Positions 1-15,321 of a stretch of 64,000 nt of DNA are shown piece by piece. The stretch lies in the NCBI RefSeq assembly GCF_009914755.1, contig NC_060929.1. One strand, 5' to 3'. Origin of the DNA: the human T2T-CHM13v2.0 reference genome, Homo sapiens. Under the pieces are notes generated by a model. The model was not told the DNA's origin, did not search any database, and saw only the letters and a list, made by a program, of their open reading frames with translations. Made by a program: the position numbers and the translations under genes. Every line of letters begins with the position of its first letter. Within the stretch, counting starts at the first letter, position 1.

Positions 1-345
1 TAACAGCATGAATGAACCTTGAAAAAACATTATGCTAAGTGAAAGAAGCCAATAAAAAATACTATATATTGCATGACTTCACTGATATAAAATATTCAGA
101 ATAAGCAAAAATCTACAGAGACAGAGAGAGGATTAGTGGTTGCTTAAGGCTGAGCGGGAGGGCGGGAGAGGAGAGAAAGTGAGTGCTAATGCATATGGGG
201 TTTCTCCTTAGGATGACAAAATATTCTAAAATTGATTGTGGTGATGGCTGCATAACTGTGAACTTACTAGAAAATATTGAATTGCTTACTTTAAATGGGT
301 GAATTGTATGGTATATGAATTTTGTCTCAAAAAAGCTGTTAAAAA
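1..345 (+). mobile_element. Old L1M (L1MB/MC-like) 3' end fragment
   Basis: ATGAACCTTGAAAAAACATTATGCTAAGTGAAAGAAGCC ... GGTGAATTGTATGGTATATGAATT...AAAGCTGTT, typical of L1M 3' UTRs. Confidence 0.8.
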
Positions 346-369
346 TAAACCATATCTGTATGTAATAAT

Positions 370-486
370 TAGGTGATGGGATGATCTGTGCAGCAAACTA
401 CCATGGCACATGTTTACCTATTTAACAAACCTGCACATCCCACACATTTACCCCTGAAGTTAAAATAAAAGTTGAAGAAAAAAAAA
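370..486 (+). mobile_element. L1P (older L1PA/L1PB) extreme 3' end
   Basis: GCAGCAAACTACCATGGCACATGTTTACCTAT...AACAAACCTGCACATCC followed by an A-tail. Confidence 0.8.
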
Positions 487-669
487 TGAAGCCTCTAAGA
501 AAGTTTGGCAAGAAAAGTCTATTATGTGCATTTTTACAACATTGGGAATGTAAAACTGAGTAAGATTCATAAGGTAGCATGGTTTAAATTCCAGGGAAAG
601 GACACATATAAAAATAATTATAAATTCTGCTGAACAGAAAGCCTAGATAGAAAAATAAGTGTGTGCACA

Positions 670-1035
670 ATGATTAAATGGAAATCTAAAAGATGAGTAG
701 AAACTAGTTATGTGGAGTGATAAAAAGTGAAAAGAGTATTTCAAGCTTGGGGGTAATGTCACATTAAAATCTTAGTTGCAGGAGAGAACTCAGGTTGTTC
801 TAGGAGCTAAAAATTTACCCAAGTGGCTGGAACACAGAGCTGGAATGAGTGGCATGTAATGAGGCTGCATATATCGGCTGAAATTATGCAGGGTCTTGAA
901 GCTCATAGAAAGTTTGTCCAATGTAGTCTAACAGTAATGGGAAGTTACTAAAGGTTTTAAAGAGCATAACAATATTATTAGATTTGCTTTTTAAAGATCA
1001 CTCTTGTCACTCTATGTTGAATGAAATGGAGGACA
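670..1035 (-). mobile_element. L2 fragment
   Basis: GTGGCTGGAACACAGAG and AGATTTGCTTTTTAAAGATCACTCT resemble antisense L2. Confidence 0.55.
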
Positions 1036-1600
1036 GGTTACATTTTCTGTCCTAAAACAGCCTGTAAATATCATAACAGGAATGTCAACCTTGGAGAACC
1101 TACGTTATTCGTGTCATTTTAAGAAATCTGTAAACTGGAGGCAGTATTAATTGGTCAAATCAATATGTATAGAATCTCTAGAATGTTCATAGGCAGTCAT
1201 TCCATTCCCTGAACTTTAGCCAAAACAATGAAGAGTAAGGTGCGAAGATGTTTGTTGCGGCACTTTTTAAAAAATACTGAATAACTGTATACAACAAAGC
1301 TGATAGTCTAAAATTTATAAATATTTACTAACTTTGTATGTATGTAAAATTAGCCTTATGTTTTTAGAGTTACAGCTAGTGACCTGAAAATAAAATTAGG
1401 TTTATATAAATAAAATTATAAGTTGTAAATTTAAAGCATGAGTAATGTTGCTTCCTTGCTTTAACTGCGTGGTCAACTATTAGACAAAATAGAAAAATAC
1501 TATGAGAAAACTAACTAACATAACTTGAAAGAGTCATGAAATCAATCTTATCAAAGTTGGGTGAAATGTGTCAGATAAACACTCAACTCAAAAATAATCA

Positions 1601-1637
1601 ACTTCTATATATATTCTTTACTTCTATATATATTCTT
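1601..1637. repeat. Short tandem duplication (ACTTCTATATATATTCTT x2)
   Basis: Exact 18-mer at 1601-1618 and 1620-1637. Confidence 0.9.
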
Positions 1638-4600
1638 CTACAAAGTCCCTTGAATAGTTTCTGTAGCACATATATACAAATAGAATTAACAGAGCCATGA
1701 AGGTTTATTTTGCAAAAACATAAAATTCCAGGATGCACCAGGAATCCTGATTTTTTTTTCCTGTAAAACTAATGGTAAGTTGTACATCCAGATGCCTTCA
1801 CAAAGAAAATTATTTTTAGAAGAAAAGTACTTAGAGAAAATATAATTTTCATAGTGCATGCAGACTTTTTTCTTTATTATCACTATTTCTACAACTAAAA
1901 TATATAGTGTCAGCCTAATTCATAGTTTGTTACTCCTTTACACAAAATGATAAAATGAAAATTTGTCACAGACCCTGCAAATGCTCAGTACTCTTCATGT
2001 AGTGCTAATGATCTGCAATAATTTGCACTGTACTTACAAGAGACTCTATTTGAAAGTTCTTTTCCGGAGCCCAATTGTTGTTTCTAAATAATGAAGTGAA
2101 TTATCTGCTAAACACAAGAATTATATTCAGAATGATAAGATTATCACCTGAAAATCATACTAAATGCATTCTGCTGGTTTCCTGCTCACTATAGGACATA
2201 GGTGCATTGAGTATAATAATGCAGAATTACAAATACTATTTATCTTGCTTTGTGGTGGTGATGTTGTTTTGGTTTGTGGTTTTTGATCAAGCAGATATAG
2301 TTGAATATAATTTTCTTAAATGAACCTATGATACAAATAATAAGTAATATATCTTTCCAGTGCATTTAAATTTCTTTCATTATTCAACAGGCACGTTCAT
2401 AAACCCAAGTCCACATAATTAAATATGATTAGTAAAGTGTACCTCTTTACTGATTCTCAATTTACAATCATACCCCGAAGGAGGTTTAAAGGGAAAGTTG
2501 CTCAGAAAAAAATGAAAACTATCTTATAATATTTTAATAGTATAAATCATAATATCTACTAAATGCAACAGTGAAACATTTGCTAAAATTTAAAGTTGCA
2601 TAACTTACATGTATACTAAGAAAAAGTAACTAAATAAATTCACACGTTTAAATCTTTGAAGAAATTTCATGTTGTGTCTAACAGTTGCTAGAGCCACTAA
2701 GAAAAATGTAATTGAACTTAAAGCACAAAAAGGTTCACCTAACATAGAAAAAAAATAAATTCTTATGGTTAATTTTGGCTATGTTGATATGAAAAGCAAA
2801 TAAAATAAGCATTGCTGGCAGATACAGAGTGTGTTCAGCACAAAGATAACATAACAGTAGGCTAATTCGTCTTTAAACCCTAGAAGGTTGAATTGTTTTC
2901 TTGTGAGAAGCTCCTGGAAGCAAATGTTCTCTCTATTATGAACTGTATAATATGGGTGAAGCCTCCCTTCCCTAATGAACACATCAGTGATCTCTGATAT
3001 CAGTACAGTTGTGGCTGCAATTCAAAGCAGAGATGGAAGAACGGATGTGACGGTATCTTCAGGAAGTAACTCCCATCTCTAGAGTCCTTGAGTACTTACA
3101 ACAAAATAAGCTTTTCACACACTCATACTAATGATGAAAAGAAATTGAAAAAAATAAGAAGTCAAGATACAAAACTGCCTCCGTTATGAGGAGCAAGATG
3201 TTGGCTGGCAATACATATGGAAAGGAGCATTCTTTTTAAAAGTCCCTTTGTGTAAGCATGATGGAACAAAATAATGACAGAATCCCTAAAATGGCAAATA
3301 GTCTGGTGATAAATTCTTCCAAGATAAATTGCTTGCATAATAAAAATCATCCACAAAAGTATTCTAAATATTCTTTCAATCTATTTAAATGATTATATCA
3401 TAACTATCAATTGGCTATGGAAGCACAATGCTTGCCAAGCATCACTTTTAAACCTTAGTAAAATTCTAGCTAATTAATATAAAATCACCATGAATTTTTA
3501 AAAATCATATTTAACCTCCAAATTAAATGTGTCTATGTGTTGTTCACATGAAATTCAATAAGACTAAGACCATACTGTCACTACAGAAAAATCGAGCTAC
3601 ATTTGTTTTTAAGTAACTATCCCTATTTTCCCTAGTTTGGGTGCTTATATACCACAGCATAAACAAAAACATGAGCTTGTTGTGTTTACTAAATTCTGTA
3701 GCTTCCACCCAGTTATTTCAAACAGTACCTATACTATTGGACTGCTTTTTACTCTCTGAAGGTTTCTATTGTCATCCTCTGCTGAGGAAAAAGGTAAATA
3801 CAGCAACTCTGCCCTACTTACGCCAGGGGTAGAGAAAACTACCTGCCAGACACAGCAATAGCACTCTTGGGCTCTGGTGGGGAAAAGAGGCACTAGCTAG
3901 CTCTCTGAAAGTCTCAGTGGGAGCACAGCCTTGTCCCTTGAGGTAAGTAAAGTAGAAAGCTATCAGTCTTAAAAATTATCGTGAGCAGGGAAACTAGAAA
4001 CAGTGTTAAAGTCACGACATGCCCTGGAGTAAGAACATAGTAAACTTCTCTGGCCATGTAAAGGTTTATTAAAAGTGTCAAGGAAAAGAATCCTCTGGAT
4101 ATCTTCATTTGTAATAACTCCCCACTCTTCATAGAAATTACTCTTAAGTGTCATTCACTCAGTTGTTAAATGATTAATGAACTTAAGTTTGACATTTTAG
4201 GAATTGTAGTAAAGCACCTCCCTGAAATAATCCTTCAGGAAAGGGCCTAAAGTAAAGGCTAGATCATGACCGCAAAAATTTCTAGTATCTGTTGAAAATT
4301 ACTCACACATTCCTTTCCCTGTAGAAAAAAACTACCGCTAGAATTTTGTCTTTCCTATTTTTGTTCTTTCATTACATTATCTTGACGTTATAGATTTTAG
4401 AAAATCTTATATTGGTTTTGAGATCATACAAAAAAATGAAACAATAAGATGTAAATATATTCTGAATGTAAACAAGTACATGATTATTTTTGCAGTTTGT
4501 TTTAGAACACCAGTGTATATTGTAATTATGTTTTAAAATCTATTTTTTCAGATATCTTTCAGTTTAAAAAGATCTAAATAATGATAATTGCTTAATTTGT

Positions 4601-5625
4601 GCCTGCCATTTTCTTTTTTCCATTTATACAAGGGAAAAGTCAAATATTCCAAACTACTCCACACTGGAATTTAGAGTATTAGCTCAGTTTTTAATCATTT
4701 CCCATTTCTTTGAAATGGATAATAAAATTAAATCATCACCTGATTTCAATTTGTTCCTTTGTTCAGTAACAATGTTTTTATTAAAGAGATATTTTGTCTC
4801 AGAAGATTTCCTTGGGAAAATAAGGAGAATCCTGTAATTCCATTCATTCAAAAGACTTTCGCATGCTATTCTAATTCCTGAAAAGTGGCCCTATGTTTTT
4901 ATTTAGCAAGTGGGAAAAAGTTTAATTACTTGATGTGTGGTATCATTTTGATAAGGGATAGTCCTTTTCACATTGCTGAAAAAATAAAAGCATCATATGT
5001 AATCATTTTATTGAGTGAAATTAAATGTTAAAAGTTCAGCATTTTTGCATGTTAATATTGAACCTGGTACATTTCTGGAAATACCACATTTATTTTTGCT
5101 ATTAAGACTGGAGACTTTTTTCATGTAAGTTATTTTCATTTAAAAATTTTAAAATGAGGTGAAATATATTTCCATTGGGGACTGAGGAAAAGATAATATT
5201 CTATACTTGATTCCCACCTTTAAAATTCTAAAGAACATGACAACCTTATACATCTTAGAACAGGGTCATTTATAAGTTTGCTTCCCTATCTTCCTACTGG
5301 AGGAAACAGGTTTGATTATTTATTACATCTTTTTAATATGAACATTTTCTTTTTTTTAAAATTTTTAATGAACGTTCTTTCAATCAAACTCTTAATGTTC
5401 TCTAGACTATAAACGTCATTAGGTTTTATAAGTTCTCCTTTGGACTTTGCTGTGTGTTTTTACAAATAAGTACCTTAAAATTATACACTTTCTAAAATCC
5501 ATTCACTCTTTGCATAGATCACGGAGGCTACTGATTTCTGAGACGATAAATATCTCAAAGAAGGCAAAGACCGTCACTCTGAGCCTTTGTGTGGCGGGAC
5601 TGTGGATTTTTCACAGCTAATGTCA

Positions 5626-5646
5626 TTCAGAACTGTGGACAGCTCC
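5626..5646 (+). promoter_or_regulatory. RE1/NRSE (REST binding site) in intron 1
   Basis: TTCAGAACTGTGGACAGCTCC versus consensus TTCAGCACCnnGGACAGCGCC; canonical spacing with intact GGACAGC core. HCN1 is an established REST target with an intron-1 NRSE. Confidence 0.75.
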
Positions 5647-6841
5647 GGTTAAGGCATGTAGTTGGTGACAATTTCCCTTAGTTTCTAAACTAACTCCAAG
5701 GCTGCTTTACATTGCTATATTTATCCTATAAAGAATACTTAGTATATGCACATACTCCTTTAGTTGATTCTTCTTTTCTTTTCGAACGAGTTCGGCCAAA
5801 TAAATAAATATCACCCTGAGTTATTAGGAGTTACTAGTTCTGGATTTTAAAATGGGAAGTCCAGCCTTGTTCAGGAGCTAAGATAATCGTGCACACGCTA
5901 ATAAGAGGATCTACTACACGACCTTCATTTGACAATCTCTAAATATGCTTATCACCGAACGAATACTTGAGCGACAAGTAAGATCAGAAAACGTCTTAAT
6001 TTTAATTCTCCAAAGCGGAGTTTTCCTGCTGACAGCTTTCCTGTCCTTCTTTCCGAGCTGGAGGACGTGAAAAAGATTTTTGAAATAGACTTGCAGTCAA
6101 GGTCAAGAAAGGGTGCCGCTCTATTTCAGAAAGGGGCTCTGTCAACGCCCCCTCTCTCTGTTTCAGGAACTAGAGGCTTCCTGCCACGCTCCTGCCCTGC
6201 CTGGAAGCGCCTGGCTTTGGTGAGACCTCACGTCAGGGACTATCCAAGTGCAAATTGCCCTTCTTTTGCCTGCCGGCCGCTGTTTCTGAGTAAACACAGC
6301 GAGGATAACCAGCGCCTATAAAGAAAAACAGACTAAACACACTCCCCAGGGGCGAGCGCGGCAGGAACTGCTCGGGCTTGTGAATCGCTGTCTCCGGTTA
6401 CCCAGTCTTCTTCTGAGCCCCAGAAGCCTCCTTTTCCCTCCTGGTTGAGACCACACTTGAGGGAGCCGCGCGAGGAAGGGTGGCTTCCCGCTTCCTCACG
6501 CTCTCGTCTCTGAAGTAAAAGTTTCCCTTGTACAACTTCGCCTCCTCCCAGGAGGGTGACCGTGGCCTCCATCCTTCCCTGATCTGTCCCCGAAGTTCAG
6601 GAGGCCAAGGAGGAGAGCCCGTCCGGGATTCCCGGGCAACAGGAGCACATCCTCCGAGCCCCTCCTGGGTGGAAACTACCCGGAGGCGCCGAGTGGAGCC
6701 TGCTTAGCCCGAGCCGACGCCGCCGGCAGCGCCACCCCCCGCCCGCCCTCCTAGTCCCCGGGACGCCCCCCACCCAAGGGCGGGGAAGCGCGTTTCAGGG
6801 CGCGCCTGAAGGGAGGGTGGGGCGGCGACCGGGAGCCCTCA

Positions 6842-7560
<719 letters not shown>

Positions 7561-10500
7561 CGCGCCCCAGCGCCTCCCCTCGGCTGCCCTCTGTTGGCCA
7601 GAAAGGGTCTCTCCCCGTCCGCTCTCCACACATGCTCGTTACTCTTGCTCTACTTCTGCCCAGCGTGACATTGAACTCAAGAGCCCTCGGAGGAGACATT
7701 CATTGGTACACGTGGAGAAGGACTCGGTGTATGTTTGCATGAAAGACAGGGGAGAGAGGAGAGAGAGCAAGACTGAACTAGCGAGTGTGTGTTGGTCCAA
7801 AAGAAACAAACATCTTAAACTCATGAAGACATTGTCTGAACGCCTGTTTGAATAACGTTACAGATGGAGAAAAGGGGACAAGCTGACTATGCATGCCAAC
7901 AATTCAAGTGCAAAACCAAATGTCCAAAAGAAAGTAAAGTTTGACAATGGAAAATAAATGTCCAAAGTATCAGGGAAAGTGTGCCTGTGCGTGCGCGTGC
8001 GCGTGTGTACTAGAAAGAGAGGCAGAGGGCAAAAGCTACCAGGTCTGTGTAATCCTAGGTAACCAGCTGCTTGGGGCTTTTCAGATTAAGGTTCTGCACC
8101 TGGGGACAGACAACTGACCTCCTTACACTTATCCTTGTTAATTCTTGCAGAGTTTTTTAAACAGAGGACGGGATTTCTTTCTTTCCAAGGCCATTCGTAT
8201 CAATACACGTGCAAGCAGATCTATCAGCCACCAATATTGAAAGAAAAGTGTGTGAGGGAGGCCTCGCCTGAGCTGACCTATCTTTTTAGATAAGTTACAT
8301 AATCAATAAAACACATTAAGGGATGTGTGTGTCGGTCAGTGTTTAACGACACCACGCTAGGAAGTTAAGACGTCTTGGAATCTCTCGTCAGAATGTCATT
8401 ACCATTTCAGAAGGGGGGAACACTCTTAAGGGAAACTTACAAGTGTAGTACTGATGCTGAGGAAAGCATTATCCGTTTCCTCTTATTCCCTCTGCGTCTC
8501 TGAAACCCACTGGATTAGCTGAAGGAAGCAAAACGTGCTGCCAAACCCACCAGTCACTCAGCAGGGGAGCCCCGGCGTCTGAAGAGCTTCAAGACTCCCG
8601 AATGTCCCAAAACATCTGTTTCAGATACAAGCATTGCCTCCCTGCCCATAGCCTCTTCAAAGGAAATCTTGCCCTGCCAAGAGTCCCAGATCCCCTGGGT
8701 TCCTGTCAGCTGTAGCCACATTTTATGGAGAAGGGGCAGGCACTCAAGGAGGGAATGTGTATGTCAGGCTGGCAACTAGTGAGCTATCATGAGGAAAAAA
8801 AAAATGAGTGGGGCTAATCAAGGTGTTTTTCTGAAAAATTAAACAGTGATGAAGCCAATTAACAATGAAGGAAGCAAGGATAAAGACAAAGGAAGACAAT
8901 TGGATGCCTTCCTGAGGGGTTAACAGAGGCTGAGAAAGGAAGCAGAGAACAGAGAAAATAGCAGAGGGAAGCAGAAACGAGCCATTAGGCCTAACTCAGT
9001 TGCAATTCTGTAAGATTTCCTTACCATTCTCCTTACCATAGCCTGTGCTAAATCTCCTTTTTTCACGGAGCTATGTCCTGACTCAGGCACCATCTGTTTT
9101 CAACTAATCATATACCAGAACCCTAAGAATAAATATGGATGGCCAAATTTTAATGGTAAGAGATAGGAAAAATATGAAAATATAGAGCTCTGATCTGTCA
9201 AAATAGAGACCTTTCTCTACTTTGGAAAGCCAAGAGGTCAGATAAGGATACCAGGTGCTGAGGGCAGAAGGAAGCCACGGGAATGGATAAAAACAAACAT
9301 TGCCCAAAGCACAGTTCTGCCTAAGAAAGACCCGATTACTCAGGCAGCTTTTCTTTATTAGACTAAAGATGTTTCCCTACTTTTCTCCCATTCTGCATGC
9401 TTCCTCAGTCCCTCTATTTTCAGTCATGAGTGTGACAATGTATATTTTAACATAAATTTTAAATTTTATAATAATGTAAAAATATACCATCTAAAATGTT
9501 ATGCTGAGTTTAAGTAAGTTTTGCTTTTCTTTTAGCCAATCTCTCTGTTTGTTCTATTGCAACTTAATCTTACTCATGACCAGGCAGTTATTTTAGTAAA
9601 AGTTTTTCTGAGTTTCAAGGTTTGTACTAAACTGATATGACAGAATCACTGAAAAACAAGATCTCAAAATAGAACTAAGAAATGTCTTAAAAAGATCACA
9701 AGTCATTGGTTGTTCCAAGTATAGCTTCTAGGCCATATTTTATTTATTCAAAATCTCAAAAAATACATTTTCTTAAAAATTTGAGAATGTGTATATTATA
9801 TCAATGCATTAACTTAAAGTTGTCAGCAATATAAAAAGTCATGTTTATTTACTTTTCAGAGTGTTGATTTAAAGTTGTTTAGAATATGAAATTTAAGTTT
9901 TCTTTGGAGGAAGAATGAACTCTCAAGAAGATTGAGACAAAGTGAAAGCAATAAAAGAATGGAATCAGTGATAGAAGAAGAGACAGAGAGAATCTTGAAA
10001 CTTCAGAATAATCTCTTCTTATCTTGTCTTTGTATCGGTTTGTTGATAAACTATCTCAAGCTAAAATCTAGCGAGCTAAATGCGAGTGTTTATTTCAAAG
10101 ACATCTTAGAAATAAGACTACCATCATGTTGACTCTGTGTCATTAGATGTTCATGATGTCAAAATGCTTAGTATTTTACAGGAATCTGATTTCTGAGGAC
10201 TCATTAGAGAATATCAATTATGAATTAATTTCAGGAGAACGTCTCATCAGTAGTTGTAATGGGTGCTATTCAATATATACAAGAATTGTGCATCTTCTGA
10301 AATGTTCCCTGTCTCCTTTAATACTCTGCTTAAGATCAAATTGCAAGGCAGCAGCAGAAGATTAATATGCATCTAAAATAAAATCTCCATGCAGCAGATA
10401 CTAGCACACGTGAAATGAAAGAAAAAAGATAGATCGGTGACTTGAAGTTTGATGGTTTATTGGAAAATCTCAGTGAAACTTAAAGATTTAAGGGATAAGA

Positions 10501-11169
10501 CATTTTGACCCTCTTAGTAGGACAGAGTAATATGTTACAAACATATTACACGTGTAAGGAAATAAAATAAGAACATCTGTTGAAGAAGGCAGTGGTAAGG
10601 AACAGTGAAAAAAAAACTTCCTCATTGACAACCTCACAGTCTTTCTGTGTCTTGTGTACAGGCAAATCTGATTATCTATCTGGAAAGCCACATCAACATC
10701 ATGCTTAATATGAAACATTAAAGCTGTTAAAGTCAGAACAATACGCTCATATCCACCATTTCTGCAATGCATGGTATTTTTAATTGATAATATTGTCTCC
10801 TGAAAACCCCAAATAATCAACTGGATAATCATCATAACTAATAATAGAAGTTGGGAAGTTGGTATCAACTTTTGGTTACTTTAGTAAACATGCAAAAATT
10901 AACATTTTTCCTAAGCATCAGCAATAACCATTAAGGCAATATAGAGAACAATGATTTTTTTCACAATTGCAACTAAAAATGAAAACTACACAATAATAAA
11001 TTTAACAAGAAATGTCTGAGATCCATAGTTTAAGATACTTTATTTTGATAAAAGACATAAAAAGCATTTAAATAAATTAGCTATATACTTTGTCCATAAA
11101 GTCTCAATATTATAAATATGGTGCTCCTTCCAAAATTGATTTTAAGTTTCAAACAAAATTTGGTGATTC

Positions 11170-11400
11170 CATGGACACAGGGAGGGAAACATTACACAAC
11201 AGGGCCTGTTGAGGGTTGGAAGGCAAGGGGAGGGAGAGCATTAGGACAAATACTTAATGCATGAGGGGCTTAAAACCTAGATGACAGGTTGATAGGTGCA
11301 GCAAACCACCATGGCACATGTGTACCTACGTAACAACCTGAACCTTCTGCACATGTATCCCAGAACTTAAAGTAAAACTTAAAAAAAAGAAAAAAAAGAA
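11170..11400 (+). mobile_element. L1PA (PA7/PA8-like) 3' end, 5'-truncated
   Basis: CATGGACACAGGGAGGG...GGGAGGGAGAGCATTAGGACAAATAC...CCCAGAACTTAAAGTAAAA plus A-tail. Confidence 0.88.
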
Positions 11401-11689
11401 AGCAAACCAAACAACTCACCAGCAATATACAGTCATTCCTGGTAACCAATAAAGCAACTTACTTACTTTAAAACGAACAACAAAAAAAAGTGTTATTAGT
11501 TTTCTCCATGCGGACAAAAGCAACAAAATGTTTTTAAAGTTTAACTGGATTAATAAATCATTTTTAACAGTTCATAAGCTATGGCTTAAAAATGAAAACA
11601 ATGAAAAAATGTCCAAAGTATTAGAATTGCTTAGGGTAGCACTGAGCAGAGAAAGAGACAGATAAGGCAATGCAAAAGAGTCAAAACCA

Positions 11690-11990
<301 letters not shown>

Positions 11991-13519
11991 ACCAGAAACA
12001 CACTTTAGTTTTAATCATAGCTCCAAATTGTCATTCCACATCAATGAGCAAAGGATATGTTGTATAGCAAATGGTCCTAGGATGGTTAACTATTCCAGGG
12101 AAAAGGAAGGTAGAATATAATATCATGTCATTTCCTAAAGTGAATTTAAGATGATTTAGTATTATAATGTAAATACTAAAAATCATGATAGGTAAATGTT
12201 TATAAAAGCAAACACTGGAAAAGACTATGCCACTTTAAAAGATTGATAGATATTTACTTTTCAGAATTTTTTCCATTGACCTGCCTATATAAAGACTAAC
12301 AATACTATACAATTTTAATAGTTTTAATATATGGTGGCCCAATCCCAACATCTGTATTTCTCTTCATGTGTCTGCATACATACATATTAAACATGATTTT
12401 TTTTCATATACATGTAGAATTATTTTTGACAAATTTTGGCACTTGTCTTTGTAGTTAAGGCATTTCGTTTGCATTGCACATAGAGACATTTTAGGAAGAA
12501 CTATCATCTTTCAATATTGAGTCTCTATTCAAAAGCAAAATAGATATTTTTTCCCTATTTCTTCCTTCTTGTATCAGCGCCAAATGATACATATTATTGT
12601 CAAACATTTGAAGAATACAAGATTTAAAAAGAAAAACCTTAAAGTAGTCCATGAACTCATCTTCATTTTGCTGGCACATGCCTATCTTTCTTGACTCTAA
12701 CATGCATATATTGATTTCTATTATTTTACATAACTAATCTCTTAATATATTTATTGTACCAGCATTTGGATTTAAGGTTTCAAAGTATATCTTGAAGATA
12801 TTAGCATGAGATAATTTATAGCATCCTTTTCTTTAATGCCTGCATTTGTTTTGTAGAATGGATATACCATAATTTACTTAACATCTCCTTTACTAATGCA
12901 CATTTGAGGTTTTATTCTTTTGTGCTAAAACAAACTGTGTTACAATTAATATCCTTATTATATCTCTGTGTAGTTATCAATATAGATATGGAGAAAAAAC
13001 ATTGGAGGTAAAGATAATTACTCAATTCATGGGTAAATTTGCTTTTGGTAGTAACTATCAAATTGCCCTCCAAAGACTGTAGGAATATATATTTCTTCTT
13101 AGACCACATGAGATTACCTGTTTCATACGCTTGCCCCAAAATCAGATATTAACAACTTTTTCCAATTTAAAATGAGCAAGAAAAAAATGATAGGCCATTG
13201 GAGTTTTAATTTCATTTTCACAATTATTAATAAGAATAAACAGATTTCACATGTTCATTGAGTTTCTTATAGTTATTCATTTGTGAGTTATCTACTTTTA
13301 CTATATGATCATATATGATACATATGTATGTTTTATTTTCAATATATTTTACATATAAAACTTTCACCATGCATGTAATTTTAGAGTAATGAATTCCTTG
13401 CAAAGAATGAAAAGAAGCCATATATAAAAGACTGATAAATTTGAGTCAATGAAAGCTGACTTTACTTTCCATGTCTGTTTAAAATATTCCCACAATTATT
13501 CAACTATTCTCTCTCTCTC

Positions 13520-13669
13520 TTTTATTTTTTTATTTTTATCTTTTTTTAGAGATGGTGTTGCCCTGCCCTGTATTTCCCAGACTGGTCTTAAACTCCTGAG
13601 CTGAAGCAATCCTCCCACCTTGGCCTCCCAAAGTTACGGGTTTATAGGCATGAGCCACTGCACACAGCT
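13520..13669 (-). mobile_element. Alu monomer (FLAM-like)
   Basis: Single Alu arm: CTGGTCTTAAACTCCTGAGCTGAAGCAATCCTCCCACCTTGGCCTCCCAAAG, preceded by a T-tract. Confidence 0.85.
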
Positions 13670-13919
13670 AAAATTCTTGGATACTTTTGTTCCTATTTTC
13701 TCCTTCATATTAATTTGAGAATAAGTTTGTCAAATTATTTTAAACAATCTAGCTGGAATTTTGTTTGGAATTACATTAAATTTATGCATTAATTGATAAA
13801 TAATTAACATAGTCATAACCTTAAATTAGTACATCTTAATATGTAAATCTCTCCATTTATCTGTCTCTCTACCTATCTTACCAATGTATCTAAATACAAG
13901 GTAATCTATTGCATAGTTA

Positions 13920-14239
13920 TTTTTTGTTTATTTATTTATTTATTCTATTTTTTAATTTTTTTTTTGCAATGGAGTCTCGGTCTGTCACCCAGGCTGGAGT
14001 GCAGTTGTGCAATCTCGGCTCACTGCAAGCTCTGCCTCCCGGGTTCACGCCATTCTCTTGCCTCAGCCTCCCGAGTACCACGGGTGCCCACCACCACACC
14101 CGGCTAATTATTTGTATTTTTAGTAGAGACCTGGTTTCACCGTGTTAGCCAGGATGGTCTTGATCTCCTGACCTCGTGATCCGCCCACCGAGGCCTCCCA
14201 AAGTGCTGAGATTACAAGCATGAGCCACCATGCCCAGCC
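13920..14239 (-). mobile_element. Alu (AluY/Sc-like) with TSD TATTG(C/T)ATAGTT
   Basis: GCAAGCTCTGCCTCCCGGGTTCACGCCATTCTC and GTTAGCCAGGATGGTC; flanking direct repeats. Confidence 0.93.
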
Positions 14240-15321
14240 TATTGTATAGTTTTTTAATATAAGTCTTGGAAATTTTTCGTTCAGATTTGTTGCTAGGTAT
14301 TTGATATGTGTTCTGACTTTTTAAAAAAGAGACATTTTATCATTGTGCTTTCCAACTGGCTATTTTTGGTTATAGAAAAATTATTTTTTTACTACTGACT
14401 TTGTCCTTGCATATAGCTGTAGTAGGGAATTATTAAACTGTATCTAATACGGTATTTTAGTTTATTCTCTTTGGTAGTGTCAGTAAATAATCATGTCATC
14501 TATCAACTATATGTTTGTTCTCTTTCTTAACAATTTTTATAATACACTTTTCTTGACATACTACTCTGGCAAACAATTTCAATTAAATGCTGAATAGTAA
14601 TAGTTATAATGTTAACTGACACTGTTTTAATGATATGTAATAGTAACTCTTCTGATTTTATGGCATTTGCTATAGGTTACTAGTAAGGTAGCCTTCATCA
14701 TATTAAGGTAGATTTCTTCTTGCTTGTTAAGAAGTGTTTTAATGAGAAAATAAATTGATACATATTATTAATAATTTTACATATGTCAAGATGATTGTCT
14801 TTTCTCTTTTAATCTGCTAATGTAATAGATTATAATAAACATGATTAATATTTTCTTTACAGGCATAAATCTTATATAATCACATTAGACTATCATATTA
14901 ATTCGATATGTTGTTAGATGATGATAATGCTGATGGTCATATTTTTATTATTTGCTATTTTTGGCCAGCTTTGGTTATGCTGGCTTTTCACAGACTGAGA
15001 TCTGAAAGCTTTATTTTCTTCTGAGCTCTATAACTGTTTATTCCATGTAAGTGATATAGCTGTCAAAGTTTATGTTTAGAAACACACAAATGTGTTCATT
15101 TGAGTATCTTTGCCAGCTTTTTGATTATTCTACAATTGTTGGGCTATCTGATAGTGCTATTGAATTGTTTGATACTGTATATTACATCAGAAAATTCCCC
15201 AATTTTCCAAGCTTTTAAACAGTGAGTGTAAATTTGTATACTATATTCTCTTTAACAGCAACAACAAAACTCCCCTCTCTTTATCTTTGTTCTTTATCTT
15301 ATTCCCAATGTTGTTTCTTTT

